NCBI GenBank assembly: GCA_041661505.1
Contig: JBAZUF010000004.1
Location: 68,861-132,860 of the forward strand
Length of the DNA stretch: 64,000 bases
Source: Patescibacteria group bacterium
GTDB lineage: Bacteria; Patescibacteriota; Patescibacteriia; Patescibacteriales; JBAZCA01
Direction of reading: 5' to 3'
Part shown: piece after piece, positions 1-9,292 of the stretch
Numbering within the stretch: position 1 is the first letter of the stretch
Layout: each line of letters opens with the position of its first letter
Program-made: the position numbers and the translations under genes
Notes under the pieces: model-generated
Databases searched by the model: none
Seen by the model: only the letters and a program-made list of their open reading frames with translations
Told to the model about the DNA's origin: nothing

Positions 1-189
<189 letters not shown>

Positions 190-232
190 TTTAGACAGTC
201 ATTATTAATTGGCGCCCAATAAATTTTCAAAT

Positions 233-2683
233 ATGCATTTATCGCTAAACTGGTTAAAAGATTTTGTCGATTTGCCGAAAAAAATAGATCCCCGGGAGCT
301 GGGGCGGCTTTTGACTTTGCATACGGTTGAGATAGAAAGCGCCGCCAGCCAGGCGGATAAGTTTGATAAAATCATTGTCGGAAAAATATTGGAAGTGAAA
401 AAACATCCTAACGCCGACCGCTTGCAATTGGCTTTAGTGGATTCAGGGAAGGAAAAGCTGGAAATCGTTTGCGGGGCGCCGAATATCAAACCCGGCCAGA
501 TGGTTCCCTTGGCTTTAATCGGGGCGGTTATGCCTAATGGCCTGGAAATCAAGGAAGTGGATGTCCGCGGGATAAAATCCCAAGGCATGCTCTCGGCGCC
601 GGACGAACTCGGTTTAGGAGAAGACCATTCCGGAATTTTGATTTTGGACAAAAAAGCCAAATTGGGCCAGTCCTTTTCCGATTACCTGGGGCTCTATGAC
701 GTCATTTTAGAAGTGGATAATAAATCCATTACCCACCGGCCGGACCTTTGGTCGCATTTGGGCATTGCCCGGGAAATTTCCGCTTTTTTAAACGTAAAGC
801 TTACAAAGAAAGCTGATAAATTGGCAGGCGGCGGGACAAAGATCACGGCCGACAACAAATACGTTGACCTGAAGGTAAAAGTTTTAGACGAAAAATTATG
901 CCCGCGGTATATGGCCGTAGCTTTGGACAGGATTAAGATCGCCCAGTCGCCAAAATGGATGGAAGACCGCCTCGTCGCCGCCGGCGTCCGACCGGTGAAT
1001 AATATCGTTGATGTTACTAATTATGTCATGCTCGAAATCGGCCAGCCAATGCATGCTTTTGATTTGGTTAAAATCTGCCCGGGCGGAAAGGATGAAAAAA
1101 TCGGCTGTGAAATAAAGGTGAGAAGAGCGGCCAAAGGAGAGGTTATGATGACTTTGGACGGGAAAGAAAGGGAATTGCATGAAAATATGCTCGTCATTGC
1201 CGATAAGGAAAAAGCGATTGCCGTTGCCGGCGTGATGGGCGGAGGCGCGTCCGAGATTTCATCCGACACGGATTCAATAGTCCTTGAGTCAGCCAGCTTT
1301 GATTATATATCCATAAGAAAAACTTCCCGCGATTTGGGGCTTCGCTCCGAATCGTCCATGCGTTTTGAAAAGTCTTTGGATCCGAATTTGGCCGAGGCGG
1401 CCTTATCCCGGGCGGTAGAGCTAATTAAAGAGATTTGTCCGGGCGCGAGAGTTGTCAGCCAGACAGCCGACGAAAAAAATTTCAAATTAAATACCAGCCC
1501 GCTAAAAATCAGTTTAAACTGGCTTAACGAAAAAGTCGGGCAGGTAATTGATTGGCGGGAAATAGAGAGGATCCTAAAGAGCCTGGGATTCGGGCTAGTG
1601 AAAAAAGGCGATGAACTTACTATCGCCATTCCTTCCTGGCGGGCGACCCGCGATATAAGCATTAAGGAAGATATTGTTGAAGAGGTGGCAAGGATTCATG
1701 GCTACGAAAAACTGGCTCCGGCTTTGCCCGAAATAAATCTCGCGCCCCAGCCAAAGGAGAAAAATCAGGAATTAAAAAGGAGGGCCAGAAAAATTTTATA
1801 TTTAGGCGCCCGGCTAACCGAAATATATAACTATTCTTTCGTCGGTGAAGCCGAGCTCGCCAAATTGAATATAGAGCCGGCCGGCCATATTAAACTTTTG
1901 AACCCGATTGCTTCCAACCAGGCGCTTCTTCGCCAAAGTTTGACGCCCAATTTGATTGAAAATATAAGAAAAAACCAAAGCCGCTACCCGGAAATGGGAA
2001 TTTTTGAGATCGGAAATATTTTTTCCAGCCTGCCGGGCGACCTAGCCTTGGACGATAAAGGCGAAGGACGCCTGCCGTTCCAGGAAGAATGCCTGGGAAT
2101 CGTAGTGTACGGCACAGGGAGCGAAGAGCTTTTTTTGAAAATAAAAGGGATTATTACTTATCTTCTTTTTAATTTAGGATTGCCTGCTAAGTATGTCCCT
2201 TTGGAAGAAAAACCGGGCTGGATGGATAAAAACGCGGCGGCCGGAATAGAAATTGGAGAAGTATCAATCGGTTCGGCCGGGGTATTGGACGGCCGGATTG
2301 CCAAAGCCAGCGGGATAAAGCGGGAAGCGGCAATCGCGGAAATCAGCCTGAAGAAACTTGAAAATTTCTTCCCGCCAAGAACTAATTACCGGGAAATCGA
2401 AAAATATCCTTCGGTTATCCGCGACTTGTCTTTTGTCCTGCCGAAGAATATATTGTATAATAAAATAAAAGATGAGATAGAAAATTTTTCCGAGCTTATT
2501 AAGTCGGTTGAACTTTTCGATGTTTATGAGGGAGAAAAGTTCGGCGCCGGAAAAAAGAGCCTGGCTTTCCAGGTATACTATTCAGCCCAAAGGACTTTGA
2601 CTTCGGAAGAAGTGGAGGAAGTGCAAAAGAAGCTGGTCAAGCATCTGGAAGATAAATTCGAGGCCAAGCTAAGGGACTTTTAG
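233..2683 (+). CDS. pheT: Phenylalanine--tRNA ligase beta subunit
   Basis: The track ORF is 209..2683. The canonical N-terminus MHLSLNWLKDF starts at ATG 233; position 209 is a TTG. A tRNA-binding domain, B3/4, B5 and a C-terminal FDX-ACB-like region are recognisable. Confidence 0.93.
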   Translation: MHLSLNWLKDFVDLPKKIDPRELGRLLTLHTVEIESAASQADKFDKIIVGKILEVKKHPNADRLQLALVDSGKEKLEIVCGAPNIKPGQMVPLALIGAVMPNGLEIKEVDVRGIKSQGMLSAPDELGLGEDHSGILILDKKAKLGQSFSDYLGLYDVILEVDNKSITHRPDLWSHLGIAREISAFLNVKLTKKADKLAGGGTKITADNKYVDLKVKVLDEKLCPRYMAVALDRIKIAQSPKWMEDRLVAAGVRPVNNIVDVTNYVMLEIGQPMHAFDLVKICPGGKDEKIGCEIKVRRAAKGEVMMTLDGKERELHENMLVIADKEKAIAVAGVMGGGASEISSDTDSIVLESASFDYISIRKTSRDLGLRSESSMRFEKSLDPNLAEAALSRAVELIKEICPGARVVSQTADEKNFKLNTSPLKISLNWLNEKVGQVIDWREIERILKSLGFGLVKKGDELTIAIPSWRATRDISIKEDIVEEVARIHGYEKLAPALPEINLAPQPKEKNQELKRRARKILYLGARLTEIYNYSFVGEAELAKLNIEPAGHIKLLNPIASNQALLRQSLTPNLIENIRKNQSRYPEMGIFEIGNIFSSLPGDLALDDKGEGRLPFQEECLGIVVYGTGSEELFLKIKGIITYLLFNLGLPAKYVPLEEKPGWMDKNAAAGIEIGEVSIGSAGVLDGRIAKASGIKREAAIAEISLKKLENFFPPRTNYREIEKYPSVIRDLSFVLPKNILYNKIKDEIENFSELIKSVELFDVYEGEKFGAGKKSLAFQVYYSAQRTLTSEEVEEVQKKLVKHLEDKFEAKLRDF

Positions 2684-2725
2684 ATAATTAGCCGCGCGTT
2701 TTTTAAAAGCCAGTCGAATAGCGCT

Positions 2726-3043
2726 ATGACGGAGATTAAAAAAATCCATAAAACAACTTTGGCCAAAATTATCGGCGCCATATACGGGACTCTTGGGTTT
2801 TTTATCAGCATAATCCTTGCGGCGCTGGTAGGCGGGAATATAGTATCCCGCGCGGACTTTACCGGCAGCGCTATAACGGTTTTGCTTTTTCATATCGGCG
2901 GCGGAATGCTTTTTGGCGCCTTAACCTTTTTCATCGCCGGAGCGATCGGCTGGGTAATCGGCTACATCATCGCCTCGATTTACAACTTTGCCGCCAAAAA
3001 AATCGGCGGAGTGAAGATTGAAATCGAAGAGAGCCTTGATTAA
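2726..3043 (+). CDS. Small polytopic membrane protein, unknown function
   Basis: 105-aa ORF with 3 Gly/Ala/Ile-rich hydrophobic segments. It is co-directional with pheT. No family recognised. Confidence 0.55.
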   Translation: MTEIKKIHKTTLAKIIGAIYGTLGFFISIILAALVGGNIVSRADFTGSAITVLLFHIGGGMLFGALTFFIAGAIGWVIGYIIASIYNFAAKKIGGVKIEIEESLD

Positions 3044-3096
3044 TCGATTAGCCGGAATTAATTTGTTTTTAATCTCATCAATTTAATTTTAATAGT

Positions 3097-3408
3097 ATGT
3101 TTGAAACCAGCCGCGACATTTTGAATATCGTCTTAGCCGTCTCAATCGGCGCCGTAGCTTTTTTTATCTGTTGGTTCATGTTTTACCTGGTGATGTCCTT
3201 TAGAAATGTCTATAAGGTAACCCGGGAAATCCGCGAAACTTTGGGCGAAGTGAAAAACACTGTTTTAGCATTCAAAGACAAAGTAAAAGAAGCCGCCGCT
3301 TTTTTCGTTATGGCTACTGACGGGTTTAAACGGGTAATGGATTATATTAAAGATAAGGGCGAGAAGAAAGAAAAGAAAAAGAAGGGTGGAAAGGGAGATG
3401 AGGAGTAA
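3097..3408 (+). CDS. Membrane-anchored small protein with Lys/Glu-rich tail, unknown function
   Basis: 103-aa ORF with one N-terminal TM segment (ILNIVLAVSIGAVAFFICWFMFYLV) and a C-terminal KGEKKEKKKKGGKGDEE tail. Confidence 0.5.
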   Translation: MFETSRDILNIVLAVSIGAVAFFICWFMFYLVMSFRNVYKVTREIRETLGEVKNTVLAFKDKVKEAAAFFVMATDGFKRVMDYIKDKGEKKEKKKKGGKGDEE

Positions 3409-3433
3409 TAGATAAAGAAAATATTGAGTATTC

Positions 3434-3460
3434 AAAAATCCCGCCAAAACGGGATTTTTT
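3434..3460. terminator. Bidirectional intrinsic terminator between convergent genes
   Basis: Hairpin aaatcccg-ccaaaa-cgggattt (3436-3457), flanked by an A-run upstream and a T-run downstream. It sits between the + strand 3097..3408 ORF and minus-strand topA. Confidence 0.6.
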
Positions 3461-3478
3461 GCATAATATGTTTTTTCT

Positions 3479-5770
3479 TTACTTTTTATACCCGCATTCT
3501 TTGTTTGAGCACTTCACTCCGCCGTCTTTAGCTTCGACTAATAACGATCCGCAATCCGGGCAGACTTCGCCGGTCGGCTTGGTGGCAAATGAGGTTTTGC
3601 AATCCGGGTATTGGTCGCAGGCGTAAAAGGACCCGCGGCGGCTGCGTTTCATAACGATTTCGCCTTTGCCGCAGACCGGGCATTTAATTCCGGTGGAGCC
3701 GGAATTTTCCGAAATGCTTTTTATGTTTTTGCATTTGGGATAGGCCGAGCAGGCTAAGAAGGGGCCAAAGCGGCCGTTTCGGATTACCATTGGCGAACCG
3801 CACTTATCGCAAACCTCATCTTTATATTTTTCCTGGAGCTCTTTTACTTTTTCGCTCACCTCGGCGGATTTAGTCCCTTTTTCTCCGGGCAGGCTTTTTA
3901 TGTTTTTGCATTTCGGAAAGCCGGAGCAGGCGAGGTAACGGCCGTAGCGTCCGGTTTTAATAATCATCGGTGAACCGCATTTATCGCATACTTCCTCCGA
4001 CTTTTCTTCGGGCATAATATCGGTTTTTTTCAGCTCTTTCTGCTTGAGCTCCAAATTATCATGAAAAGGGTTGTAAAAGCCTTTTATTACCGGCTGCCAC
4101 TTTTCTTTCCCGTCCGCGATTTCATCTAAGTCATTTTCCATCTGGGCGGTAAATTCGAAATCAACGATTTTCGGAAAGTGGGCGACCAGTAAGTCATTAA
4201 CGACAAAAGCGATATCAGTCGGTTTTAACTTTTTATTTTCATCCCGTTCGACGTAGTTCCGCGCTTCAATCGTCGCGATTGTCGGCGCGTAAGTCGACGG
4301 CCGGCCAATGCCGTGCTTTTCCAAAATTTTAACCAGCCCGGCGTCCGAGTACCTGGCCGGCGGTTTGGTAAAATGCTCTACGCCGTCAATTTTTTCCAAA
4401 TCCAATTTTTCTTTTTCTTTTAATTCCGGCAAATCGAGCTCCGTACTTTTCTCCGGATAAACTTTCAGGAAACCCGGGAATTTTAAGACCTGGCCCGTAG
4501 CCCGGAACTGGTATTTTAATTCCGCGCCTTTTATGGCGGACTGGACCGGACTGCTATCAGGCTCTGCGTCTATATCCAAAGTCGTCGCGTCGAACTCGGC
4601 TTCCGGCATCTGCGAAGCGACAGCGCGCTGCCAAATCAATTTATATAGCCGGTATTGGTTCGGCTGCAAAGATTCTTTTAAGGACTCCGGGTGGCGGCTC
4701 ACTTCAGTCGGCCGGATAGCTTCGTGGGCTTCCTGGGCGCCCTTGGATTTAGTTTTAAACCGGCGCGGAGCCGCTAGGGCATATTCAGATCCAAATTCTT
4801 CCGTTAGATAGGTTTTAGCCTCGTCTAAGAATTTTTCCGATAAATTAAGCGAATCGGTTCGCATGTAAGTAATTAAACCGACTTGGCCTTCGCCTTTTAT
4901 TTCCGTACCTTCATATAATTTCTGGGCAGTCATCATGGTTTGCTTGGCGGAAAATCCCAGCCAGCGGTTAGCGGTTTGCTGTAAGGTTGAAGTAGTAAAC
5001 GGCGATGGCGCCTTCCGCTTCACCTGCTTTTTTTCAATTTGAGAAACAATATATTCGGCGCCTTTTAGGCCGGCCAAAATTTGATCAGCTTCCTCTTTAT
5101 TTTTAATATGAAGCTTACTTATAACCTTGCCGTCAATTTTATTGAGCTTAGCCAGAAAAGGCACGGAATCTGCGTTAATTTTCTTCAGCAAAGCTTCAAC
5201 ACTCCAATATTCATCCTGCTTAAAATCCTTAATTTCCCGCTCCCGCTCGACTATAAGTCTGACCGCGACCGATTGCACCCGGCCGGCCGATAATCCCCGG
5301 GCGACTTTTTTCCATAAAAAAGGCGATAGTTCGTAGCCGACCAGCCGGTCTAAGACCCGGCGGGCCTGCTGGGCGTCGACCAAGTCTTCGTTTAGTTTTC
5401 TCGGGTTTTCCAAAGCCTGGATTATGGCGGTTTTGGTTATTTCATGAAAAACAATCCGATCGATTTGTTTTTCGTCCAAATCCAGGGCTTCGGTAAGATG
5501 CCAGGCAATCGCCTCTCCTTCGCGGTCTTCGTCGGAGGCCAGTATGACTCTTTCCGCCTTTTTCGCGAGAGTCTTAAGCTTGGTCACCGTTTTCCGGCTT
5601 TTCATCGGAATAACGTATTTAGGCTTAAAATTATTTTCAATATCAATCCCCATTTCCTTAACCGGAAGATCGCGAATATGGCCGAATGAGGATTCGACCT
5701 TGTAATCTTTGGAAATGAATTTTGAAATCGTTTTGGCCTTAGTAGGGGATTCGACGATGATTAGTTTCAT
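3479..5770 (-). CDS. topA: DNA topoisomerase I
   Basis: Toprim N-terminus MKLIIVESPTKAKTI, SDEDREGE, and active-site Tyr context YMRTDS. The C-terminus carries four C4 zinc ribbons (for example CDKCGSPMIIKTGRYGRYLACSGFPKC). Confidence 0.95.
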   Translation of the reverse strand: MKLIIVESPTKAKTISKFISKDYKVESSFGHIRDLPVKEMGIDIENNFKPKYVIPMKSRKTVTKLKTLAKKAERVILASDEDREGEAIAWHLTEALDLDEKQIDRIVFHEITKTAIIQALENPRKLNEDLVDAQQARRVLDRLVGYELSPFLWKKVARGLSAGRVQSVAVRLIVEREREIKDFKQDEYWSVEALLKKINADSVPFLAKLNKIDGKVISKLHIKNKEEADQILAGLKGAEYIVSQIEKKQVKRKAPSPFTTSTLQQTANRWLGFSAKQTMMTAQKLYEGTEIKGEGQVGLITYMRTDSLNLSEKFLDEAKTYLTEEFGSEYALAAPRRFKTKSKGAQEAHEAIRPTEVSRHPESLKESLQPNQYRLYKLIWQRAVASQMPEAEFDATTLDIDAEPDSSPVQSAIKGAELKYQFRATGQVLKFPGFLKVYPEKSTELDLPELKEKEKLDLEKIDGVEHFTKPPARYSDAGLVKILEKHGIGRPSTYAPTIATIEARNYVERDENKKLKPTDIAFVVNDLLVAHFPKIVDFEFTAQMENDLDEIADGKEKWQPVIKGFYNPFHDNLELKQKELKKTDIMPEEKSEEVCDKCGSPMIIKTGRYGRYLACSGFPKCKNIKSLPGEKGTKSAEVSEKVKELQEKYKDEVCDKCGSPMVIRNGRFGPFLACSAYPKCKNIKSISENSGSTGIKCPVCGKGEIVMKRSRRGSFYACDQYPDCKTSFATKPTGEVCPDCGSLLVEAKDGGVKCSNKECGYKK

Positions 5771-5811
5771 AATATGTTGAAAGTTTAAAAAATAATTTAT
5801 TTTTTAAACTT

Positions 5812-6897
5812 TTAGATTAATACATACTCCATTCCGCCCAGATTCTTGATCATGCCTTTCATTTCCATGAGGGTTAAGGTACTCGATACTACGGATGCTG
5901 TCAAATTGGAAAGGCGGATTAAGTCGTTAATGTGCGCCGCCTCTTTTCCTAAAAAAGAAAGAAGGATTTCTTCTTCTTTGGTTTCAGGGACCGCGGATTT
6001 AGCTTTAATATATAAGGATACGCGATTAAGGTCAAGCGCTTCAATAATTTCCGAGCCGCTTCGGACTAAAAGAGCCCCCTGTTTTATGAGCTCGTTCGTG
6101 CCTACCGAAACCGGGGAATAGATGCTCCCGGGAACGGCGAAAACTTCGCGGTTAAAGTCTAGCGCAAAACGCGCGGTAATAAGCGCGCCGGATTTTTCCG
6201 CCGCCTCAATTACCAATGTGCCGCGGGTCAGTCCGGCAATTATGCGGTTTCTTTGGGGGAAATAAAAGGGCATGGCTTTGGTGCCCAAAGGAAATTCGGA
6301 TATTATGGCGCCGCCTGACCCAATAATTTTTTCCGCCAGATTTCGGTTGGCTACCGGATAGATGCTTTCTTTATCGACGCCAGACCCTAAAACTCCGATA
6401 GTCCGGCCGTTTGATTTAACCGTGGCGATATGAGAGATAGCATCAATCCCCAAGGCCAATCCGCTGACGATGACAATTCGGCCGCCGGCCAGCTCTTTAA
6501 CTATATCATCCGTTGCCTGGCGGCCATAAGTGGAAAACTTCCTTGATCCGACAATTGCCACGCTATATTTATCCTCTTCTTTTAATTCGCCGCGCAAATA
6601 CAAAAGGGCAGGCGGGTCGGGAATCTCTTTTAAAAGGGAGGGATAAGCCGGGTCATTTTGCGCGACCAGCTTAATATTTTCCCTGTATATATTTTCCATT
6701 AGCTCATCCGGGTTGATATTTTTCCTATGAAGAGAAAATTCTAAAGCGATTTTTTCATCAATTCCGGCTTGCATTAATTCACTTGAGTTCGCGTTAAAAG
6801 CCGCCTGCCAGGAAGGGAAGTAAACCTTTAATTTTTTCGTCCTAACCGGCCCGAATTTGGGAAAAGTGTTAAGAGCGGCAAGATACTTAATATCCAT
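5812..6897 (-). CDS. dprA: DNA processing protein DprA
   Basis: Rossmann-like core VIVSGLALGIDAISH...GVLGSGVD...FPLGT...FPQRNRIIAGL with a C-terminal winged-helix-like tail. Confidence 0.9.
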   Translation of the reverse strand: MDIKYLAALNTFPKFGPVRTKKLKVYFPSWQAAFNANSSELMQAGIDEKIALEFSLHRKNINPDELMENIYRENIKLVAQNDPAYPSLLKEIPDPPALLYLRGELKEEDKYSVAIVGSRKFSTYGRQATDDIVKELAGGRIVIVSGLALGIDAISHIATVKSNGRTIGVLGSGVDKESIYPVANRNLAEKIIGSGGAIISEFPLGTKAMPFYFPQRNRIIAGLTRGTLVIEAAEKSGALITARFALDFNREVFAVPGSIYSPVSVGTNELIKQGALLVRSGSEIIEALDLNRVSLYIKAKSAVPETKEEEILLSFLGKEAAHINDLIRLSNLTASVVSSTLTLMEMKGMIKNLGGMEYVLI

Positions 6898-6956
6898 TTT
6901 AGAATTTGTTTAATTTTAGCTAAAATTCATCAAAGATGGATGAGCCATAATTAGCC

Positions 6957-6985
6957 TTGACATTACTTTAAAGTCGTGATATAGT
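6957..6985 (+). promoter_or_regulatory. Near-consensus sigma70-type promoter (TTGACA-17 nt-TATAGT) with no downstream + strand CDS
   Basis: TTGACA at 6957-6962, a 17-nt spacer, and TATAGT at 6980-6985. It lies in the dprA/pth intergenic region, where both flanking genes are on the minus strand. Confidence 0.5.
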
Positions 6986-6989
6986 TCAG

Positions 6990-7162
6990 AGTCATTAAAA
7001 TACAAAAATAGTACCTGGCTTACTACTTGTCGGAGGGCATCAATTATATAAGCTGGGTTCCCTCCTTGCCTACTTATAGACTGAAGTCCCTCGCTGGCAA
7101 GTAGTAAATCGGGTAATATTTACCCTTGCAAATTTAACTCCAGCTTTGTGGCTGGAGTTTTT
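6990..7162 (+). ncRNA. Candidate structured small RNA, family not recognised
   Basis: The stretch lies between the promoter at 6957-6985 and the hairpin ctccagc-tttgtg-gctggag plus TTTTT (7138-7162). Internal helices are ttactacttgtcgg (7020-7033) with ctggcaagtagtaa (7094-7107), ggaggg (7032-7037) with ccctcc (7060-7065), and gggtaa/ttaccc (7111-7125). There is no ORF. Confidence 0.35.
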
Positions 7163-7175
7163 GTATGAAAAATTT

Positions 7176-7727
7176 TTAGGCGGATTCATTAACAATTTCT
7201 TTGATTACCGCATTAATAATTTTTAACTCGTCTGCTGAAAATTTCATGAGAACAAACTTATCAGCCGGAATTTTGTCTAAAGCCTGACTGCGAATTCCTA
7301 TTCGGACGCGCTTAAAGTTTTTGGTTTTAATATGGTCAATTATGTCCTGTACTCCTCTGTGTCCGGCACTCCTTGAATCCAGCGAAATTTTATACTTTCC
7401 CAGTTCAATATCTAAGTCATCATGAATAACAGTTAGAACGTCAGCCAGCGGCGCGTCGTGGACTGAAAGAAAACCGAGGCGCTTAGGCAAAAGGTGATAA
7501 TAATTTAAAACGGCCGCGACTGCAACGCCTGAATTGTTCATGAAAGTCTGGGGCTTAACTAATAGCGTGCCATCAGGAAGCTGGCAAATCTCTGATTTAA
7601 ATTTTTTATTGTAAGCCCACTGGCAATCATGCTTTTTGGCAATTTCATCCACTCCTAAAAATCCGGCGTTGTGCCTGGTATTTTTATATTTATCGCCTGG
7701 ATTTCCCAAGCCAATTATGACGCGCAT
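7176..7727 (-). CDS. pth: Peptidyl-tRNA hydrolase
   Basis: MRVIIGLGNPGDKYKNTRHNAGF and GHRGVQDII motifs; 183 aa. Confidence 0.93.
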   Translation of the reverse strand: MRVIIGLGNPGDKYKNTRHNAGFLGVDEIAKKHDCQWAYNKKFKSEICQLPDGTLLVKPQTFMNNSGVAVAAVLNYYHLLPKRLGFLSVHDAPLADVLTVIHDDLDIELGKYKISLDSRSAGHRGVQDIIDHIKTKNFKRVRIGIRSQALDKIPADKFVLMKFSADELKIINAVIKEIVNESA

Positions 7728-7765
7728 AAATTTAAGCCAGAGCTAATGAAAAAACTGTTAAATAA

Positions 7766-9292
7766 CTATTCTTCATTAAGAATGTTTTTTGACTGGCCAT
7801 GCACAAAACTGCCTTTTTTTACCCGGACGGAAATTGGCGTGCCTAAAAACCCGAATTGGCCGCGAAGCTGATTTTCAATAAAGCGAAGATAAGGCGAGGT
7901 GATGCTTTCTTTAGCGCCGATCAGGATTTGAATTTCCGGCGGGTAAGAGGCCGCTTGTTTGATTTTTTTAATATAAGGATATTTATCCGAAGCCTTATAG
8001 CGGGTGGGCCGGTGGATTTTAACGATCCGCTTCAAAAATTTATCCAATTCTTTTTCGCTTAATTCGCGCGCCCGCTGGCGGTTTATGTCTAGAACTAAAT
8101 CCATAACGTCATTGGTTTTTCTCCCGGTAAGGGCTGAAACGAAAATAATCGGCGCCCATTTTACAAAAGGCAGATGATAATTTATATACTCGGTGAATTT
8201 TTTCGTATCCTTTTCTAAAATCAAATCCCATTTGTTGGCGATTATAATCAGGCTTTTTTTCCGGCCGATAATTTCATCGGCGATTTTTTGGTCTTGCCGG
8301 GTGATGTCTTCGGAGATATCCAAAACCAAAAGGGCGATATCGGATCGGTTAAGGCTTCTAAACGACCGTTCTATCCCTTCTTTTTCCAGATCGATTTTAT
8401 TTCTCGTTTTTTTGCTCTTGGTCGCGTTTTTCGAAATTCCGGCCGTATCGACCAAAACGATTTTTTTCCCCGCGTAATCTAGGTCCGTATCCTGGGGCTC
8501 CCGGGTCGTATGGGGCACCGAGCTGACGATCACCCGGTCCTGGCCTAAAATGGAATTAATCAGGCTTGATTTTCCGACATTGGGCTTTCCTAAAATGCTT
8601 ACCCGAACCGGATCATTTTCGTTGTAGGGTCTGCGGCGGCCGCGAATTTTCTTTTCACCCTCCTCGTCCCCCGCGCTTTCTTCTCCGTAGCCGATAAAAT
8701 CAGCCAGCCGGTTTATTAATTTTTTCCGCTTGGGCTGGCGGCGGATTATTTCGTCGACTATCAAATCCAAAAGATCGCCGGTTCCGGAGCCGGTAGCGGC
8801 CGAGATCGGCAAAGGGTCGCCCAGCCCCAGCTTATAGAATTCGGGCACCTTGTAATTTTCCTTGGGCGAGTCGGTTTTGTTGGCTACTAAAATAACTTTT
8901 TTCTCCGGCGTTTTTTCTTTTAAAAACAAAGCCAGCTTACGGTCATCCGGCAAGAGTCCGGCTTTGGTATCGACTAAAAATAAAATTAAATCAGCCCGCT
9001 CTAAGCTCCCGCGGGCTTGCATCTGGACTTTCCGGTCGATGGTTTCGCGATCCAGAGCGATTCTTATTTTTTCCGAAGAAGTGAATTCTTTTAGGTTGAT
9101 TACTCCGCCGGTATCGACAAGCTCCAGGTCATACCCTCTCCAGTTTATCAGGCTGTAATTAGCGTCGCGGGTGGTTCCGGGAAGGTCGGCGGTAAGGGCC
9201 CTTTTTTCTTCGATTAAACGGTTAAAAAGGGTGGACTTACCGACGTTAGTCCGGCCGAAAATTACGATTTGTGGAATTTTATTTGTTGGCAT
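7766..9292 (-). CDS. der: Ribosome-associated GTPase Der (EngA)
   Basis: Two tandem G domains (GRTNVGKSTLFN and GKPNVGKSSLIN; DTGG and DTAG; NKTD and NKWD) plus a KH-like C-terminus. A charged linker separates the G domains. Confidence 0.93.
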   Translation of the reverse strand: MPTNKIPQIVIFGRTNVGKSTLFNRLIEEKRALTADLPGTTRDANYSLINWRGYDLELVDTGGVINLKEFTSSEKIRIALDRETIDRKVQMQARGSLERADLILFLVDTKAGLLPDDRKLALFLKEKTPEKKVILVANKTDSPKENYKVPEFYKLGLGDPLPISAATGSGTGDLLDLIVDEIIRRQPKRKKLINRLADFIGYGEESAGDEEGEKKIRGRRRPYNENDPVRVSILGKPNVGKSSLINSILGQDRVIVSSVPHTTREPQDTDLDYAGKKIVLVDTAGISKNATKSKKTRNKIDLEKEGIERSFRSLNRSDIALLVLDISEDITRQDQKIADEIIGRKKSLIIIANKWDLILEKDTKKFTEYINYHLPFVKWAPIIFVSALTGRKTNDVMDLVLDINRQRARELSEKELDKFLKRIVKIHRPTRYKASDKYPYIKKIKQAASYPPEIQILIGAKESITSPYLRFIENQLRGQFGFLGTPISVRVKKGSFVHGQSKNILNEE

